This document shows, in pieces, positions 1 to 9,734 of a DNA stretch of 64,000 bases; position 1 is the first letter of the stretch, and every line of letters begins with the position of its first letter. Under the pieces are notes generated by a model. That model made no database searches. It was not told the DNA's origin and saw only the letters and a program-made list of their open reading frames with translations. Origin of the DNA: Burkholderiales bacterium (lineage in GTDB: Bacteria; Pseudomonadota; Gammaproteobacteria; Burkholderiales; Burkholderiaceae_C); contig JAYTRR010000210.1 of NCBI GenBank assembly GCA_043746005.1, positions 565-64,564 on the forward strand, written 5' to 3'. A program made the translations under genes and the position numbers.

Positions 1-672
1 TGCGACGAGTCCGACGACCCACTCTCGCGCCACATCGAAACCCTGGCCTTCGAGACCCAGCGCCTGGGACTGCAAGGCCGCGTCACCGGCTCACACTGCA
101 CCTCCATGCACAGCATGGACAACTACTACGTGAGCAAGCTGCTGCCCCTGATTGCCGAGGCCGGGGTCAGCATCATCAGCAACCCGCTCATCAACATCAC
201 CCTGCAAGGCCGCCATGACACCTACCCCAAGCGCCGCGGCATGACCCGCGTGCCCGAGCTACTGGCACACGGCGCAACGGTGGCTTTTGGTCACGACTGC
301 GTGATGGACCCCTGGTATTCACTGGGTAGCGCCGACATGCTGGAAGTGGCCAGCATGGGCCTGCATGTAGCACAAATGACCAGCCAGACTGCCATCCGCC
401 AGTGTTTTGAGGCAGTGACCAACAGCCCTTCGAAAATCATGCATCTGGAAGGCTATGGACTTGAAAAGGGCTGCCACGCTGACTTTGTACTGTTGCAGGC
501 GCAAGACCCTGTCGAAGCCATCCGCCTGCGCGCAACCCGGCTCAAGGTGTTCCGGCGCGGCAAGCTGGTGGCACAGTCGCCGGCAGCAACGGCTACGTTG
601 TGCCTTCCAGGGCGACCAGAAGCCACTTCTTTGATGAATTTAGACCGCTATCCCTTATGGAATATGCGTTAG
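1..672 (+). CDS. Cytosine deaminase-like amidohydrolase (5' partial)
   Basis: Open frame from base 1 (CDESDDPLSRHIE...SHCTSMHS...NPLINITLQGRHDTYPKRRG...FGHDCVMDPWY), typical of the CodA family; the last codons and stop lie inside 55-bp element copy 1. Confidence 0.85.
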   Translation, partial: CDESDDPLSRHIETLAFETQRLGLQGRVTGSHCTSMHSMDNYYVSKLLPLIAEAGVSIISNPLINITLQGRHDTYPKRRGMTRVPELLAHGATVAFGHDCVMDPWYSLGSADMLEVASMGLHVAQMTSQTAIRQCFEAVTNSPSKIMHLEGYGLEKGCHADFVLLQAQDPVEAIRLRATRLKVFRRGKLVAQSPAATATLCLPGRPEATSLMNLDRYPLWNMR

Positions 673-692
673 AAGCTATTTATTTGATAGCA
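638..692 (+). repeat. 55-bp dispersed element, copy 1 (overlaps 3' end of deaminase)
   Basis: atttagaccgctatcccttatggaatatgcgttagaagctatttatttgatagca; AGCTA-N9-TAGCA core. Confidence 0.85.
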
Positions 693-777
693 AATTATCA
701 AAAATTTTTGGACGAATCCCTGCCATCTTGTCCCAAGTTATTCACCTAAACCCGCTGCCCACGCATTCTGAGCTACG

Positions 778-1017
778 TTAAACCTTGCGGCATAACGGTC
801 CATCCCATTCCCGCTGCTCACCCATCAACGCCTCGTATTCAAGCTCTAGGGCTGCCTCGATGTCCTCTGACCGGCCATCAGGAAGTTCGACAACAACGCC
901 CTCCATCTGGTCAGGCCGAACATTGTTGGATATGCCGTGTGCGGAGACAAAGCCCATGAAGCGGTCCTGGAGCGTTTCATCGAAAAAAATGTACCCACCG
1001 CCGAGTTTCAACTCCAA
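778..1017 (-). pseudogene. Conserved hypothetical protein, probably internally deleted
   Basis: YIFFDETLQDRF...EYEALMGEQRE joined directly to WDGPLCRKV; resembles, from memory, a longer betaproteobacterial hypothetical family; no clear start. Confidence 0.4.
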
Positions 1018-1049
1018 TACGCCTCAAGTCTCAACCGGCAACGTGGATA

Positions 1050-1400
1050 TCAGAATACCAGCACCTTGTCTGCCTCGACAGTCCAGTCAGCGAGCTGCGC
1101 CAAGGTTCCGCGCTGGGCACCTTCCATGATCTCCTCTGCACGCAGCCCACGTGCATCCATGCAGGTACCACACAGCAAGACTTCACCCTTGCGTGCGATT
1201 TTTCCCAGCATCAGCTGCACGTTGTAATACCCCTCCGGCAGCTTTTGCCCGCTCTTGGCGCAGGTCACCGCATCGGCCATCAGGAACATCCGTATTTTCT
1301 GTCCTTCCTTGCCAGCTACTGCTGCGGCCAGGCGCAATGCGTTATAGACACGTTCGTTGCCATAGGGTGCGTCGTTGAGGATGAACAGGGTGGATGCCAT
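1050..1400 (-). CDS. DsrE/YchN-family sulfur-relay protein
   Basis: ILNDAPYGNERVYNALRLA, FLMADAV, CGTCMDARG motifs; start taken at MASTLF. Confidence 0.85.
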   Translation of the reverse strand: MASTLFILNDAPYGNERVYNALRLAAAVAGKEGQKIRMFLMADAVTCAKSGQKLPEGYYNVQLMLGKIARKGEVLLCGTCMDARGLRAEEIMEGAQRGTLAQLADWTVEADKVLVF

Positions 1401-1418
1401 ACGTTTCTCTTTCAAAAA

Positions 1419-2081
1419 TCAGGTTTTTTCAATTGGCAACCCTGCGGCCCGCCACTCGCTCACGCCATCAAAAATCTTACGCGCGCGGTAGCCTTGGGCT
1501 TGCAGCAGCTTCACGGCTTCATCGGACATCAGGCAGAACGGGCCCCGGCAGTACGCAACGATCTCCACATCGCGAGGCAACTCGGCCAAACGCTGGGCCA
1601 ATTCCGGCAGGGGCAACGAGCGCGCGTGCGGCAGATGGGCCGTGTCGTATTCGCTCTGCGGGCGCACATCAAGAACAATGACCTCGCCGCGCTTGGCCTG
1701 CGCCATCAGCTCTTTACGTCCCACGCTGACCATGCGATCCGGCTCTGCCATCAACTGCTGCAACGCCATGCGCAGCTCGACCAGGTGTTCTTCAGCCACT
1801 TGGCGCAGCGTGACGCCGAGCTGGGCAACATCGCTACCCGTGAGACTGTAGAAAATACGCTTACCCTCGCGACGGGTTTGAACCAGGCGGGCTTCTTTCA
1901 GTGCTTTCAGGTGGGCACTGGCCAGCTTGTTGTCGATGGCAACTTCGGTGGAAATCGTTTCGACGGCCTTTTCCCCCTGAGCCAGCATTTCCAGTATTTC
2001 CAGCCGCTTTGGGCTGGACAGCGCCTTGCCCACGCGGGCAACCTGCTCGTACAACAAGTCTTTGACTGTTCGGTTATTCAT
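1419..2081 (-). CDS. ArsR-family regulator fused to rhodanese domain
   Basis: N-terminal ArsR HTH (ALSSPKRLEIL...SAHLKALKEARLV), C-terminal rhodanese (LDVRP...AYCRGPFC...DGVSEW). Confidence 0.9.
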   Translation of the reverse strand: MNNRTVKDLLYEQVARVGKALSSPKRLEILEMLAQGEKAVETISTEVAIDNKLASAHLKALKEARLVQTRREGKRIFYSLTGSDVAQLGVTLRQVAEEHLVELRMALQQLMAEPDRMVSVGRKELMAQAKRGEVIVLDVRPQSEYDTAHLPHARSLPLPELAQRLAELPRDVEIVAYCRGPFCLMSDEAVKLLQAQGYRARKIFDGVSEWRAAGLPIEKT

Positions 2082-2088
2082 GGTTTAT

Positions 2089-2108
2089 ATTCCAACGATC
2101 GTTTGAAT
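2089..2108. promoter_or_regulatory. Putative ArsR operator in divergent promoter
   Basis: attccaacga|tcgtttgaat, inverted repeat with 9/10 matches, just upstream of the ArsR-rhodanese start. Confidence 0.6.
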
Positions 2109-2160
2109 GATTGGTTGATTATCAAGGAAAATTCTTTGCGCCAAGTCACCGGAAGTAAAT

Positions 2161-3012
2161 ATGCAATTTGAACAGTTTGTACTTGAGCACGAGCCTGTCA
2201 TCCGGCTCAGCTTCTTCTTTGGCATATTTGCCGTGGTGGGCATTTGGGAAGTCCTGGCACCTCAGCGTGCGTTGACCGTATCCAAATCCCTGCGCTGGGC
2301 AAGCAACCTTGGCCTGGTGATCCTCAATACGGTGATGCTGCGACTGCTATTCCCCATGGCTGCGGTGGGCATCGCGGCCTTCAGCGCAGCGAATGGCTGG
2401 GGCCTGCTCAACCATTTCCCTGTCCCATTCTGGTTGGCGGTCCCGCTGGCCGTCATTGCCATGGATTTCGTAATCTGGCTACAACACGTCATGGTTCACG
2501 CCGTGCCTGCACTATGGCGGCTGCACCGCGTGCACCACGCGGACCTGGATTACGACCTGACCACCGGGTCACGCTTTCACCCCATTGAGATCGTGCTGTC
2601 GATGCTGATCAAGTTCGCCACCATTACGGTGCTCGGCGCACCGGTCGTGGCGGTGGTGATCTTCGAGGTGGTGCTCAATGCGGCTGCCATGTTCAATCAC
2701 GGCAACATCCGTTTGCCTGTGGGCCTGGACCGCGTGCTGCGCCAGTTCATCGTCACGCCGGACATGCACCGCGTGCACCACTCCGTCGAGGAAGATGAAA
2801 CCCATTCGAACTTTGGCTTCAACCTTCCCTGGTGGGATCAACTGTTTGGCACCTACCGCGAGCAGCCCCGCGCTGGCCAGTTGGGGATGACCATTGGCAT
2901 TCACGGCCATACCGATCCGCGGGAGGTGGCGCGCCTGGATGGCATGCTGATGATGCCCTTCAAGAGCAAAGTCGATGCCTATGCCATCAACCGCCGTACC
3001 TGGTCTGATTAA
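2161..3012 (+). CDS. Sterol desaturase/fatty-acid hydroxylase family membrane protein
   Basis: His boxes HVMVH, HRVHH, HRVHH; NFGFNLPWWD. Confidence 0.9.
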   Translation: MQFEQFVLEHEPVIRLSFFFGIFAVVGIWEVLAPQRALTVSKSLRWASNLGLVILNTVMLRLLFPMAAVGIAAFSAANGWGLLNHFPVPFWLAVPLAVIAMDFVIWLQHVMVHAVPALWRLHRVHHADLDYDLTTGSRFHPIEIVLSMLIKFATITVLGAPVVAVVIFEVVLNAAAMFNHGNIRLPVGLDRVLRQFIVTPDMHRVHHSVEEDETHSNFGFNLPWWDQLFGTYREQPRAGQLGMTIGIHGHTDPREVARLDGMLMMPFKSKVDAYAINRRTWSD

Positions 3013-3036
3013 ATCAATACACCTAACGAAACCCCA

Positions 3037-3768
3037 ATGACAACACCCTCAAAACAACTTTCCTGGTACGCCATAGCGGGGCTGATCCTCGGTATCGCCG
3101 CGACAGCTACCCTAGTGGCATCCGGCATAGGCTCACGCCAGGGCTGGTGGCATTTCACGCTCGCTTTGCAGGTTTCGGAATGGGCATCCTATGGCGCTGC
3201 GTTGGCCCTCCTTATGTCGATAGGGGGTTTGATTCAGGCACGCCCGGGGTCTCAACGCAGGGGCCTGCTTCTGGCTGTTCTGGGCATCGTTGCATCACTG
3301 CCTCTGGTAGCAACAGCGATCCAATGGGCGGTTGCGGCCCGGATCTATCCTGCTATCAATGACATCAGCACCGATACCAGCGATGCACCTGTGTTTTGGG
3401 ATATGCCGATCGCCACGGACTATCCAGGCGCCAAGGTGGCTGCGCAGCAACGAGCGGCCTATCCTGACCTTGCTCCACTGAAATTGGCAATACCACCCAG
3501 CGAGGCGTTTGAAAGCGCACTGGCCGCAGCCAAATACAGTGGATGGGAGATTGTTGCCAATGTGCCGGAAGAAGGGCGAATTGAAGCGACTGCCAAGACA
3601 CGTCTGTATGGATTCACGGACGAAGTAGCGGTGCGAATAAAACCCGCAGACGGCGGCTCCCTGGTCGATGTTCGGTCGCGTTCACGCGTCGGGCGCATGG
3701 ATCGCGGAGCCAACGCCAAGCGAATTCGCGCCTACCTTGCCGCGTTGGAAAAACGGGTCGCACAATAG
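3037..3768 (+). CDS. DUF1499-family membrane protein
   Basis: Three N-terminal TM segments; PAINDISTD, QRAAYPDL, GFTDEV...VDVRSRSRVG..D.GANAKRI. Confidence 0.8.
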   Translation: MTTPSKQLSWYAIAGLILGIAATATLVASGIGSRQGWWHFTLALQVSEWASYGAALALLMSIGGLIQARPGSQRRGLLLAVLGIVASLPLVATAIQWAVAARIYPAINDISTDTSDAPVFWDMPIATDYPGAKVAAQQRAAYPDLAPLKLAIPPSEAFESALAAAKYSGWEIVANVPEEGRIEATAKTRLYGFTDEVAVRIKPADGGSLVDVRSRSRVGRMDRGANAKRIRAYLAALEKRVAQ

Positions 3769-3811
3769 CGCCATGGCAGCACAAGTTGCGTCTCGATTAA
3801 TCCAAACTCAC

Positions 3812-4288
3812 TCAATGGTGATGACCATGCTCGCCGTGCACGTGCTTGTGGGAAATTTCTTCCGCTGAAGCCGCTCGAACTTCCAAAACCTTGACGGTAA
3901 AGCGCAAGTCCTTGCCCGCAAGCGGGTGGTTGCCGTCCAGGTGCACGGTATCGCCCTTGATCTTGAGCACGTTGAAAACCTGCTCATTTCCGCCTTCGGT
4001 GTAGCCCTTGAGCTGGCCACCCACCTTCACGCCGGCAGGAAACTCCTTTTTGGGAATGGTGCGAACCAGGGCCTCTTCACGCTGGCCGAAGGCTTCATCG
4101 GCAGTCAGCGTCAGTGTCACCTGGTAGCCGGGTTCCTGGCCTTCCAGTGCGGCTTCAATCTTGGGAAAGGTGTTGTCATAGCCGCCATGCAGGTAAACCA
4201 TGGGGTCACTGCTGTTGTCGATCAGTTTGCCTGCGGCATCCGCCACAGAAAAACGCAAGGTAACGGCGGTGTCTTTTTCAATTTTCAT
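3812..4288 (-). CDS. slyD: FKBP-type peptidyl-prolyl isomerase
   Basis: MKIEKDTAV...YLHGG...LDGNHPLAGKDL, His-rich C-terminus. Confidence 0.9.
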   Translation of the reverse strand: MKIEKDTAVTLRFSVADAAGKLIDNSSDPMVYLHGGYDNTFPKIEAALEGQEPGYQVTLTLTADEAFGQREEALVRTIPKKEFPAGVKVGGQLKGYTEGGNEQVFNVLKIKGDTVHLDGNHPLAGKDLRFTVKVLEVRAASAEEISHKHVHGEHGHHH

Positions 4289-4316
4289 AAGGCTGTGTAG
4301 TCGGTTGGATGGGTGA

Positions 4317-5765
4317 TTATCCGTGGCGTTCCGGCGCAATAGATTCAGCGTAATCGTACAGTGCGCCCAGAATGGCCTCACCACGCTCATCTGCAGATTC
4401 CGACAGTTGGTCAATCTGATCCGCCAATTGATCCATCGTGCGGGCGCCGTCCGCGCCGTCAAACAGGCGCCGTGCGCGGTGCGCTTCCCAGCGCGTGGCC
4501 TCTTCCGCAGTCAACAGACCGGGGAAATTGCGAGCACGGTACCGAAACAGCAACGCGGGCAAGCGGCCATCTTCAAAAGCGGCATTTGCGTTCGTCAGTT
4601 GCTCCGCTGACATAGCGCGCAGGTCGTTCAGGCGATGCCGGTCACTGTCTCCAACAAACCCGCCATACAGGTCCTCGTCCACGTCTGGTTGTGGCTGCGA
4701 GGGTCGCTCAAACACGGCAGGCCATATAGCGCTCATGTCCGGCAGATCCCGCGCCAGCGCTGCATGGTGCAAGTGCAATTCCAACTCCACACCCCAGCGC
4801 TGGGCCATGGCGGTGGACAAAACCTTCAAATTGGACATCACCATGGGTGATTTGTTGAGGTGAATGGACTTGATGGGCAAGCGCGTCACCCCTTGCGGCA
4901 ACTCCGCCGTCTTGCTGAACAGCCGCACACGCATGTCCGCTGCGTTGAGCGAAGCCAGTTCGCGTGGGTCGTGCGCCAGATCCCAGGCAATCAGCTCGTT
5001 TTTGTTATGGGGGTGCATGGCAAGCGGCCACATGACCGCCAGACACCCCCGCTCAGAGGGGAACATGCCCGAGACATGAATAAAGGGGCGCGCCGATTGC
5101 AGTGTAGTGGGCAACCCCAGCTCGACCATCACCCGATCTTTCTTGTGCAGGCCCAGACAAAAGTCAAACAGCCGCGGCTGGGCCGCTTTGATCAGACGGG
5201 CCAGCGCAATGGTGGCCCGCACGTCGCTCAATGCATCGTGCGCGGCCTCGTGCACCAGGCCGTTGGCAGCGGTCAAGTCAGTCAGTTTGAAACTGGCACC
5301 GCCTTCCGGTTTGGCGGGCCACACAATACCCTCAGGGCGAAAGGCGTATGCGGTGCGCACCACATCCAGCAGGTCCCAGCGACCACACTCGTTTTTCCAC
5401 TCGCGGGCATAGGGATCGATCAGGTTGCGCCAGAACAGAAAGCGCGTGATTTCGTCGTCAAAGCGGATGGTGTTGTAGCCCACGCCAATCGTACCGGGAT
5501 GACCCAGGGCTTGTTCGATCACGACTGCAAACTGGTACTCTGGCACACCACGTTCCAGGCACAACTGCGGTGTGATGCCGGTAATCAGGCAGGACTGCGG
5601 ATCGGGCAAAAAATCGGGCGCAGGCTGGCAATACAGCATGATGGGCTCGCCCACCTCGTTCAAATCGGCATCGGTGCGAATGGCCGCAAACTGTGCGGGC
5701 CGGTCGCGCCGCACCAGGGTGCCAAAGGTTTCGTAGTCGTGCCAGAGAAAGGTGTGCTGATGCAT
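4317..5765 (-). CDS. sbcB: Exodeoxyribonuclease I
   Basis: WHDYETFG...DRPAQFAAIRTD, GYNTIRFDDE, AHDALSDV. Confidence 0.95.
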   Translation of the reverse strand: MHQHTFLWHDYETFGTLVRRDRPAQFAAIRTDADLNEVGEPIMLYCQPAPDFLPDPQSCLITGITPQLCLERGVPEYQFAVVIEQALGHPGTIGVGYNTIRFDDEITRFLFWRNLIDPYAREWKNECGRWDLLDVVRTAYAFRPEGIVWPAKPEGGASFKLTDLTAANGLVHEAAHDALSDVRATIALARLIKAAQPRLFDFCLGLHKKDRVMVELGLPTTLQSARPFIHVSGMFPSERGCLAVMWPLAMHPHNKNELIAWDLAHDPRELASLNAADMRVRLFSKTAELPQGVTRLPIKSIHLNKSPMVMSNLKVLSTAMAQRWGVELELHLHHAALARDLPDMSAIWPAVFERPSQPQPDVDEDLYGGFVGDSDRHRLNDLRAMSAEQLTNANAAFEDGRLPALLFRYRARNFPGLLTAEEATRWEAHRARRLFDGADGARTMDQLADQIDQLSESADERGEAILGALYDYAESIAPERHG

Positions 5766-5822
5766 GGTGGCGCAACACTACACTATTGAACCCACTTGAA
5801 ACAACAACCTCAAGGATCGCTG

Positions 5823-6236
5823 ATGCTTCAACTCTCCAACGATGTGCTGCAACGCCTGCTGGAAGCAGCGCAGGACGCCCGCGCCCATTCACACTCGCCT
5901 TACTCTCTCTATGCAGTCGGCGCCGCCGTGCTGGACGAGCACGGTGCCATCCACGCGGGCTGCAATATCGAAAACGCCGCCTACCCCCAGGGTTGGTGCG
6001 CCGAGGTTACCGCTTTGGGGGCCATGGTGATGGCCGGAGGCCTCCGGGCCAAGGCGGTGCTGGTTACCGGGCCTGGCCCGGATGTGATCACCCCCTGTGG
6101 TGGGTGCCGCCAAAAATTGCGCGAGTTTGGCGACGACGACCTGGTCGTCATCGCAGCCGACCCCCGTGGCATCCAGCAAAGCTGGACGCTGGGGCAACTG
6201 CTGCCCGCCAGCTTTGGCCCGGACCACCTGAAATGA
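5823..6236 (+). CDS. cdd: Cytidine deaminase
   Basis: SPYS..VGAA, GCNIENAAYP, CAE, PCGGCRQ. Confidence 0.9.
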   Translation: MLQLSNDVLQRLLEAAQDARAHSHSPYSLYAVGAAVLDEHGAIHAGCNIENAAYPQGWCAEVTALGAMVMAGGLRAKAVLVTGPGPDVITPCGGCRQKLREFGDDDLVVIAADPRGIQQSWTLGQLLPASFGPDHLK

Positions 6237-7084
6237 ATGCCGCGCTCGCATCAGCCGTTGCTGAATCAATAAGCAAACTGCTGGCGGCCTTTGGTGCGGC
6301 CCCTGAGGTCGCAGTAATCTTGGGCTCAGGCTGGGCGGGGGCCGCACAAAAAGTCACTGACGCCCAACGCCTGGCCTATGCCGAGTTGCCAGCGTTCGTA
6401 TCGACTGGAGTGGAAGGCCATGTCAGTGAAATAACCGTAGGTAACATGGGCGCACAGCGGGTGGCCGTGCTAGGCGGCCGCACCCACACCTATGAAAGCG
6501 GCGATTGCGCGGGAATGGCGGGGACCCTGCGCAGCCTCAAAGCCTGGGGTGTCAAGGTGTTGATTCAAACCAACGCCGCAGGCAGCCTGCGCCCGCACAT
6601 GCCGCCGGGCAGCCTGATGCTGATTACCGACCACATCAATGCTCCGCAACGCTCGCCCTTGGTGGGTGAGCCCGGCAACGCGCGCTTTGTGGATATGAGC
6701 GCCGCTTATGACCCGGAACTCCGCGCACACGCCAAAAATCTGGCACAAGCCCACAAGCTGGCGCTGTCGGAAGGCACCTATCTTTGGGCGCTCGGACCGC
6801 AGTTCGAAACCCCCGCCGAAATCCGCATGTTTGCCACCTGGGGGGCCAATGCGGTGGGCATGAGTACCGTGCCAGAAACCATTCTGGCCCGACATGCTGG
6901 TTTGCGTGTGGTGGGTCTGTCATTGATCACCAACATGGCAGCAGGCCTGTCCGCCGAAGCGCTCACCCATGCGGCCACGCTGCAACAGGCAAGAGCATCA
7001 GGTGAGCACGCTGCGCATTTTTTGAGCGCGCTGATCGCCAGCTTGGTCGATCTGCCATCACTGCATAACCAGCAAGTTTCCTGA
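6233..7084 (+). CDS. Purine nucleoside phosphorylase (XapA/PunA type)
   Basis: ILGSG, GRTHTYE, TNAAGS, GPQFETPAE, VGMSTVPE; ATGA overlap with cdd. Confidence 0.9.
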   Translation: MNAALASAVAESISKLLAAFGAAPEVAVILGSGWAGAAQKVTDAQRLAYAELPAFVSTGVEGHVSEITVGNMGAQRVAVLGGRTHTYESGDCAGMAGTLRSLKAWGVKVLIQTNAAGSLRPHMPPGSLMLITDHINAPQRSPLVGEPGNARFVDMSAAYDPELRAHAKNLAQAHKLALSEGTYLWALGPQFETPAEIRMFATWGANAVGMSTVPETILARHAGLRVVGLSLITNMAAGLSAEALTHAATLQQARASGEHAAHFLSALIASLVDLPSLHNQQVS

Positions 7085-7092
7085 GGCCAGAC

Positions 7093-7863
7093 ATGACACA
7101 AGACCCCACCCTGACCGAATCCGCCCAACTGGCGCTTCAATGCCTGGATCTGACCAGCCTGAATGATGCGGATACCCATGCCGATGTTGAAGCGCTGTGC
7201 AAACGGGCGCAGACGCGTTTTGGACCTGTGGCTGCGGTGTGCGTGTGGCCGCGCTTTGTGGCCCTGGCGCGAAGCCTGCTGCCAGCCGATATACGGGTGG
7301 CTGCAGTGGCCAATTTTCCCGATGGCGCACTGGATGTAGTCCGCGCGCTCGCGGATGTGCAGCAAATTGTTGCAGCGGGCGGTGATGAGGTCGATGTCGT
7401 GCTGCCCTACCGCGCCCTGATGCAAGGAAAGACTCAGGAATGCGCCGATTTCCTGAATCAGCTTAGGGCGACCAGCCGTCCCCTGACCCTGAAAGTCATC
7501 ATTGAGACCGGTGAACTGGTCCAACCCGAATGGATAGCCCAGGCCACGCGCCTCGCGCTGTCGGCTGGTGCCGATTTCGTCAAGACCAGCACTGGCAAGA
7601 CACCGGTCTCTGCCACTCTGGAAGCGGCAACCATCATGCTGCGGGAAATTGCCGCCAGTGGACTCCCCCAAGCAGGTTTCAAGGCCTCGGGCGGCATCCG
7701 CTCGGTGCTGGACGCAAGAATGTATCTGACTCTGGTATCCGAAACGCTGGGAGCGCAGGCACTGACTCCGCAGCGGTTTCGTTTTGGCGCAAGTGGCCTG
7801 CTCAACGACATTGAAGCCGTGCTGGCGGGCCAGGCATCAGCGCCCGTTTCCGGTACGTACTGA
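7093..7863 (+). CDS. deoC: Deoxyribose-phosphate aldolase
   Basis: LDLTSLN, LKVIIETGEL, GADFVKTSTGK, GFKASGG, RFGASGLL. Confidence 0.95.
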   Translation: MTQDPTLTESAQLALQCLDLTSLNDADTHADVEALCKRAQTRFGPVAAVCVWPRFVALARSLLPADIRVAAVANFPDGALDVVRALADVQQIVAAGGDEVDVVLPYRALMQGKTQECADFLNQLRATSRPLTLKVIIETGELVQPEWIAQATRLALSAGADFVKTSTGKTPVSATLEAATIMLREIAASGLPQAGFKASGGIRSVLDARMYLTLVSETLGAQALTPQRFRFGASGLLNDIEAVLAGQASAPVSGTY

Positions 7864-7891
7864 ACGCACCCAGAAGAACAAGAAGAAGACC

Positions 7892-9277
7892 ATGCTGGCG
7901 CAAGAAATCATCCGAACCAAACGCGACGGCCACGCACTGAACGTTGCCCAAATCCAGGATTTTGTAAAAGGCCTGGTGGACGATAGCTGGAGCGAAGGTC
8001 AGGTGGCAGCCTTGGCCATGGCCATCTTTTTGCGCGGCATGGGCCGCGATGAATGCGTGGCACTGACCCACGCCATGATGCACTCCGGCCGCGTCATGAC
8101 CTGGAGCGGCATGCCCGGCCCCGTGCTGGACAAACACTCCAGCGGCGGCGTGGGCGACAAGGTCAGCCTGACGCTGGCCCCCATGGTGGCGGCCTGCGGC
8201 GGCTATGTACCCATGATCTCAGGCCGCGGCCTGGGCCACACCGGGGGTACCTGCGACAAGCTCGAAGCCATCCCCGGCTACAGCACCACGCCATCGCCGC
8301 AGTTGCTCGACCAGATCGTGCGCACCGTCGGCTGCGCCATCATCGGGCAGACCAGCGACCTGGCACCCGCCGACCGCCGCTTTTACGCCACGCGCGACGT
8401 CACGGCTACCGTGGAAAGCGTTCCGCTGATCACCGCCAGCATCCTGTCCAAAAAGCTGGCTGCGGGCTTGCAAGGCCTGGTGATGGACGTGAAATGCGGC
8501 AACGGCGCTTTTGCTGATTCGCGCCCCATGGCCGATGAACTGGCCAACAGCATCGTCGCCGTGGCCAATGGTGCCGGCCTGAAAACCACCGCCCTGATCA
8601 CCGACATGAACCAGGTGCTGGGCCGCGAAGTGGGAAACGCACTGGAAGTGGCAGAGGCCATTCGCTACCTCACCGGCGATAGCAGCGTAGGTGGCAGCAA
8701 CACGGGGCGTGAGGCGCGCCTGCACGAAGTCACCCTCGCACTGGGTGCCGAATTACTGGTGCTGGGCGGCCTGGCGGCCAACACGGCGGCAGCGCGCGCG
8801 CAGTTGCAAGCGGCACTGGACAGCGGTGCTGCGGCTGAGCGCTTTGCGCGCATGGTGGCCGCCTTGGGCGGCCCCGCTGATTTGCTGGAGCGACCCGCGG
8901 CTTACCTGTGTGTAGCGCCCGTGGTGTTGCCCGTACCGGCACCCCGATCGGGCGTATTGAGGGCCATGCAGACCCGCGACATCGGCCTGGCGGTGGTCGA
9001 ACTGGGTGGTGGCCGCCGCAAGGCGGGCGACGCCCTTGATTTGCGCGTGGGCCTGAGCCAGGTGCGCCAACTGGGCGAGCACCTGGAGGCCAGTGAGCCA
9101 ATCGCCTTCGTCCATGCCGCCGACTGTGCCAGTGCGGAGCGCGCAGCAGCCCAGTTGCAGAAGGCGTGCACCATCACGGATGCCGGTTTTCCCTGGTCGG
9201 CAACACCCTGCGTGATGGCAACCATCGCCGCAAATGCAACTCAAGTTGACAGGGCTGCTGGGGCCGACGGCCCGTGA
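7892..9277 (+). CDS. deoA: Thymidine phosphorylase
   Basis: MLAQEIIRTKRDG, DKHSSGGVGDK, SGRGLGHTGGT, ILSKKLAAG. Confidence 0.95.
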   Translation: MLAQEIIRTKRDGHALNVAQIQDFVKGLVDDSWSEGQVAALAMAIFLRGMGRDECVALTHAMMHSGRVMTWSGMPGPVLDKHSSGGVGDKVSLTLAPMVAACGGYVPMISGRGLGHTGGTCDKLEAIPGYSTTPSPQLLDQIVRTVGCAIIGQTSDLAPADRRFYATRDVTATVESVPLITASILSKKLAAGLQGLVMDVKCGNGAFADSRPMADELANSIVAVANGAGLKTTALITDMNQVLGREVGNALEVAEAIRYLTGDSSVGGSNTGREARLHEVTLALGAELLVLGGLAANTAAARAQLQAALDSGAAAERFARMVAALGGPADLLERPAAYLCVAPVVLPVPAPRSGVLRAMQTRDIGLAVVELGGGRRKAGDALDLRVGLSQVRQLGEHLEASEPIAFVHAADCASAERAAAQLQKACTITDAGFPWSATPCVMATIAANATQVDRAAGADGP

Positions 9278-9734
9278 TGCGGTGGCTGTTCATTGTGGCG
9301 GGGGCGTTGGTCGTACCTCTGGCGCTGCTGCTGTTTGCGCAATGGCCGCTGCGCGATTGGGTGCAAGCCTATTCGCGCCAGGCCAATGATGCAGCGCAGA
9401 TTCTGTTTGCCGTCTATACCGCGGTTGCCATCACCGCTGCTTCACAGTCAAAAAGCCATCTAGCCCCGGCAGAATATGCGAATACAGCTACAAAAATTAT
9501 AGCAAGTTGGCGCGCCTGGACTCTGCTGGCCAGCGTGGGTCCATGGGCGGTTTCATGCTCTGGACCGCTGCGCCGCAGATGCTGGCGTCCATTGCCAGCC
9601 TGGAAAAATTCAGCGAAGGCCTCACCCCTGGCTACTTCATCCTGCGCATCGCGCTGGTGCTGCTGGCCGTACTGGTTCTGATTGAGGCCATTGCCGCTGT
9701 ACGGGCCAGCCTGCGCGGCCGAAAAAAACCATGA
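9274..9734 (+). pseudogene. TRAP transporter small permease (DctQ-like), frameshifted
   Basis: Hydrophobic ORF 9274-9681 switches frame near 9550 into FMLWTAAPQ...EKFSEGLTPGYF. Confidence 0.7.
9450..9504 (+). repeat. 55-bp dispersed element, copy 2 (inside TRAP small permease)
   Basis: aaaaagccatctagccccggcagaatatgcgaatacagctacaaaaattatagca. Confidence 0.85.

Noticed and set aside
5693-6232. Long N-terminal extensions in the ORF track (PNP, SIMPL, mfd, slyD, REC-PAS, hybrid kinase)
   Set aside because: They overlap neighbouring genes or promoters; downstream starts match family N-termini.
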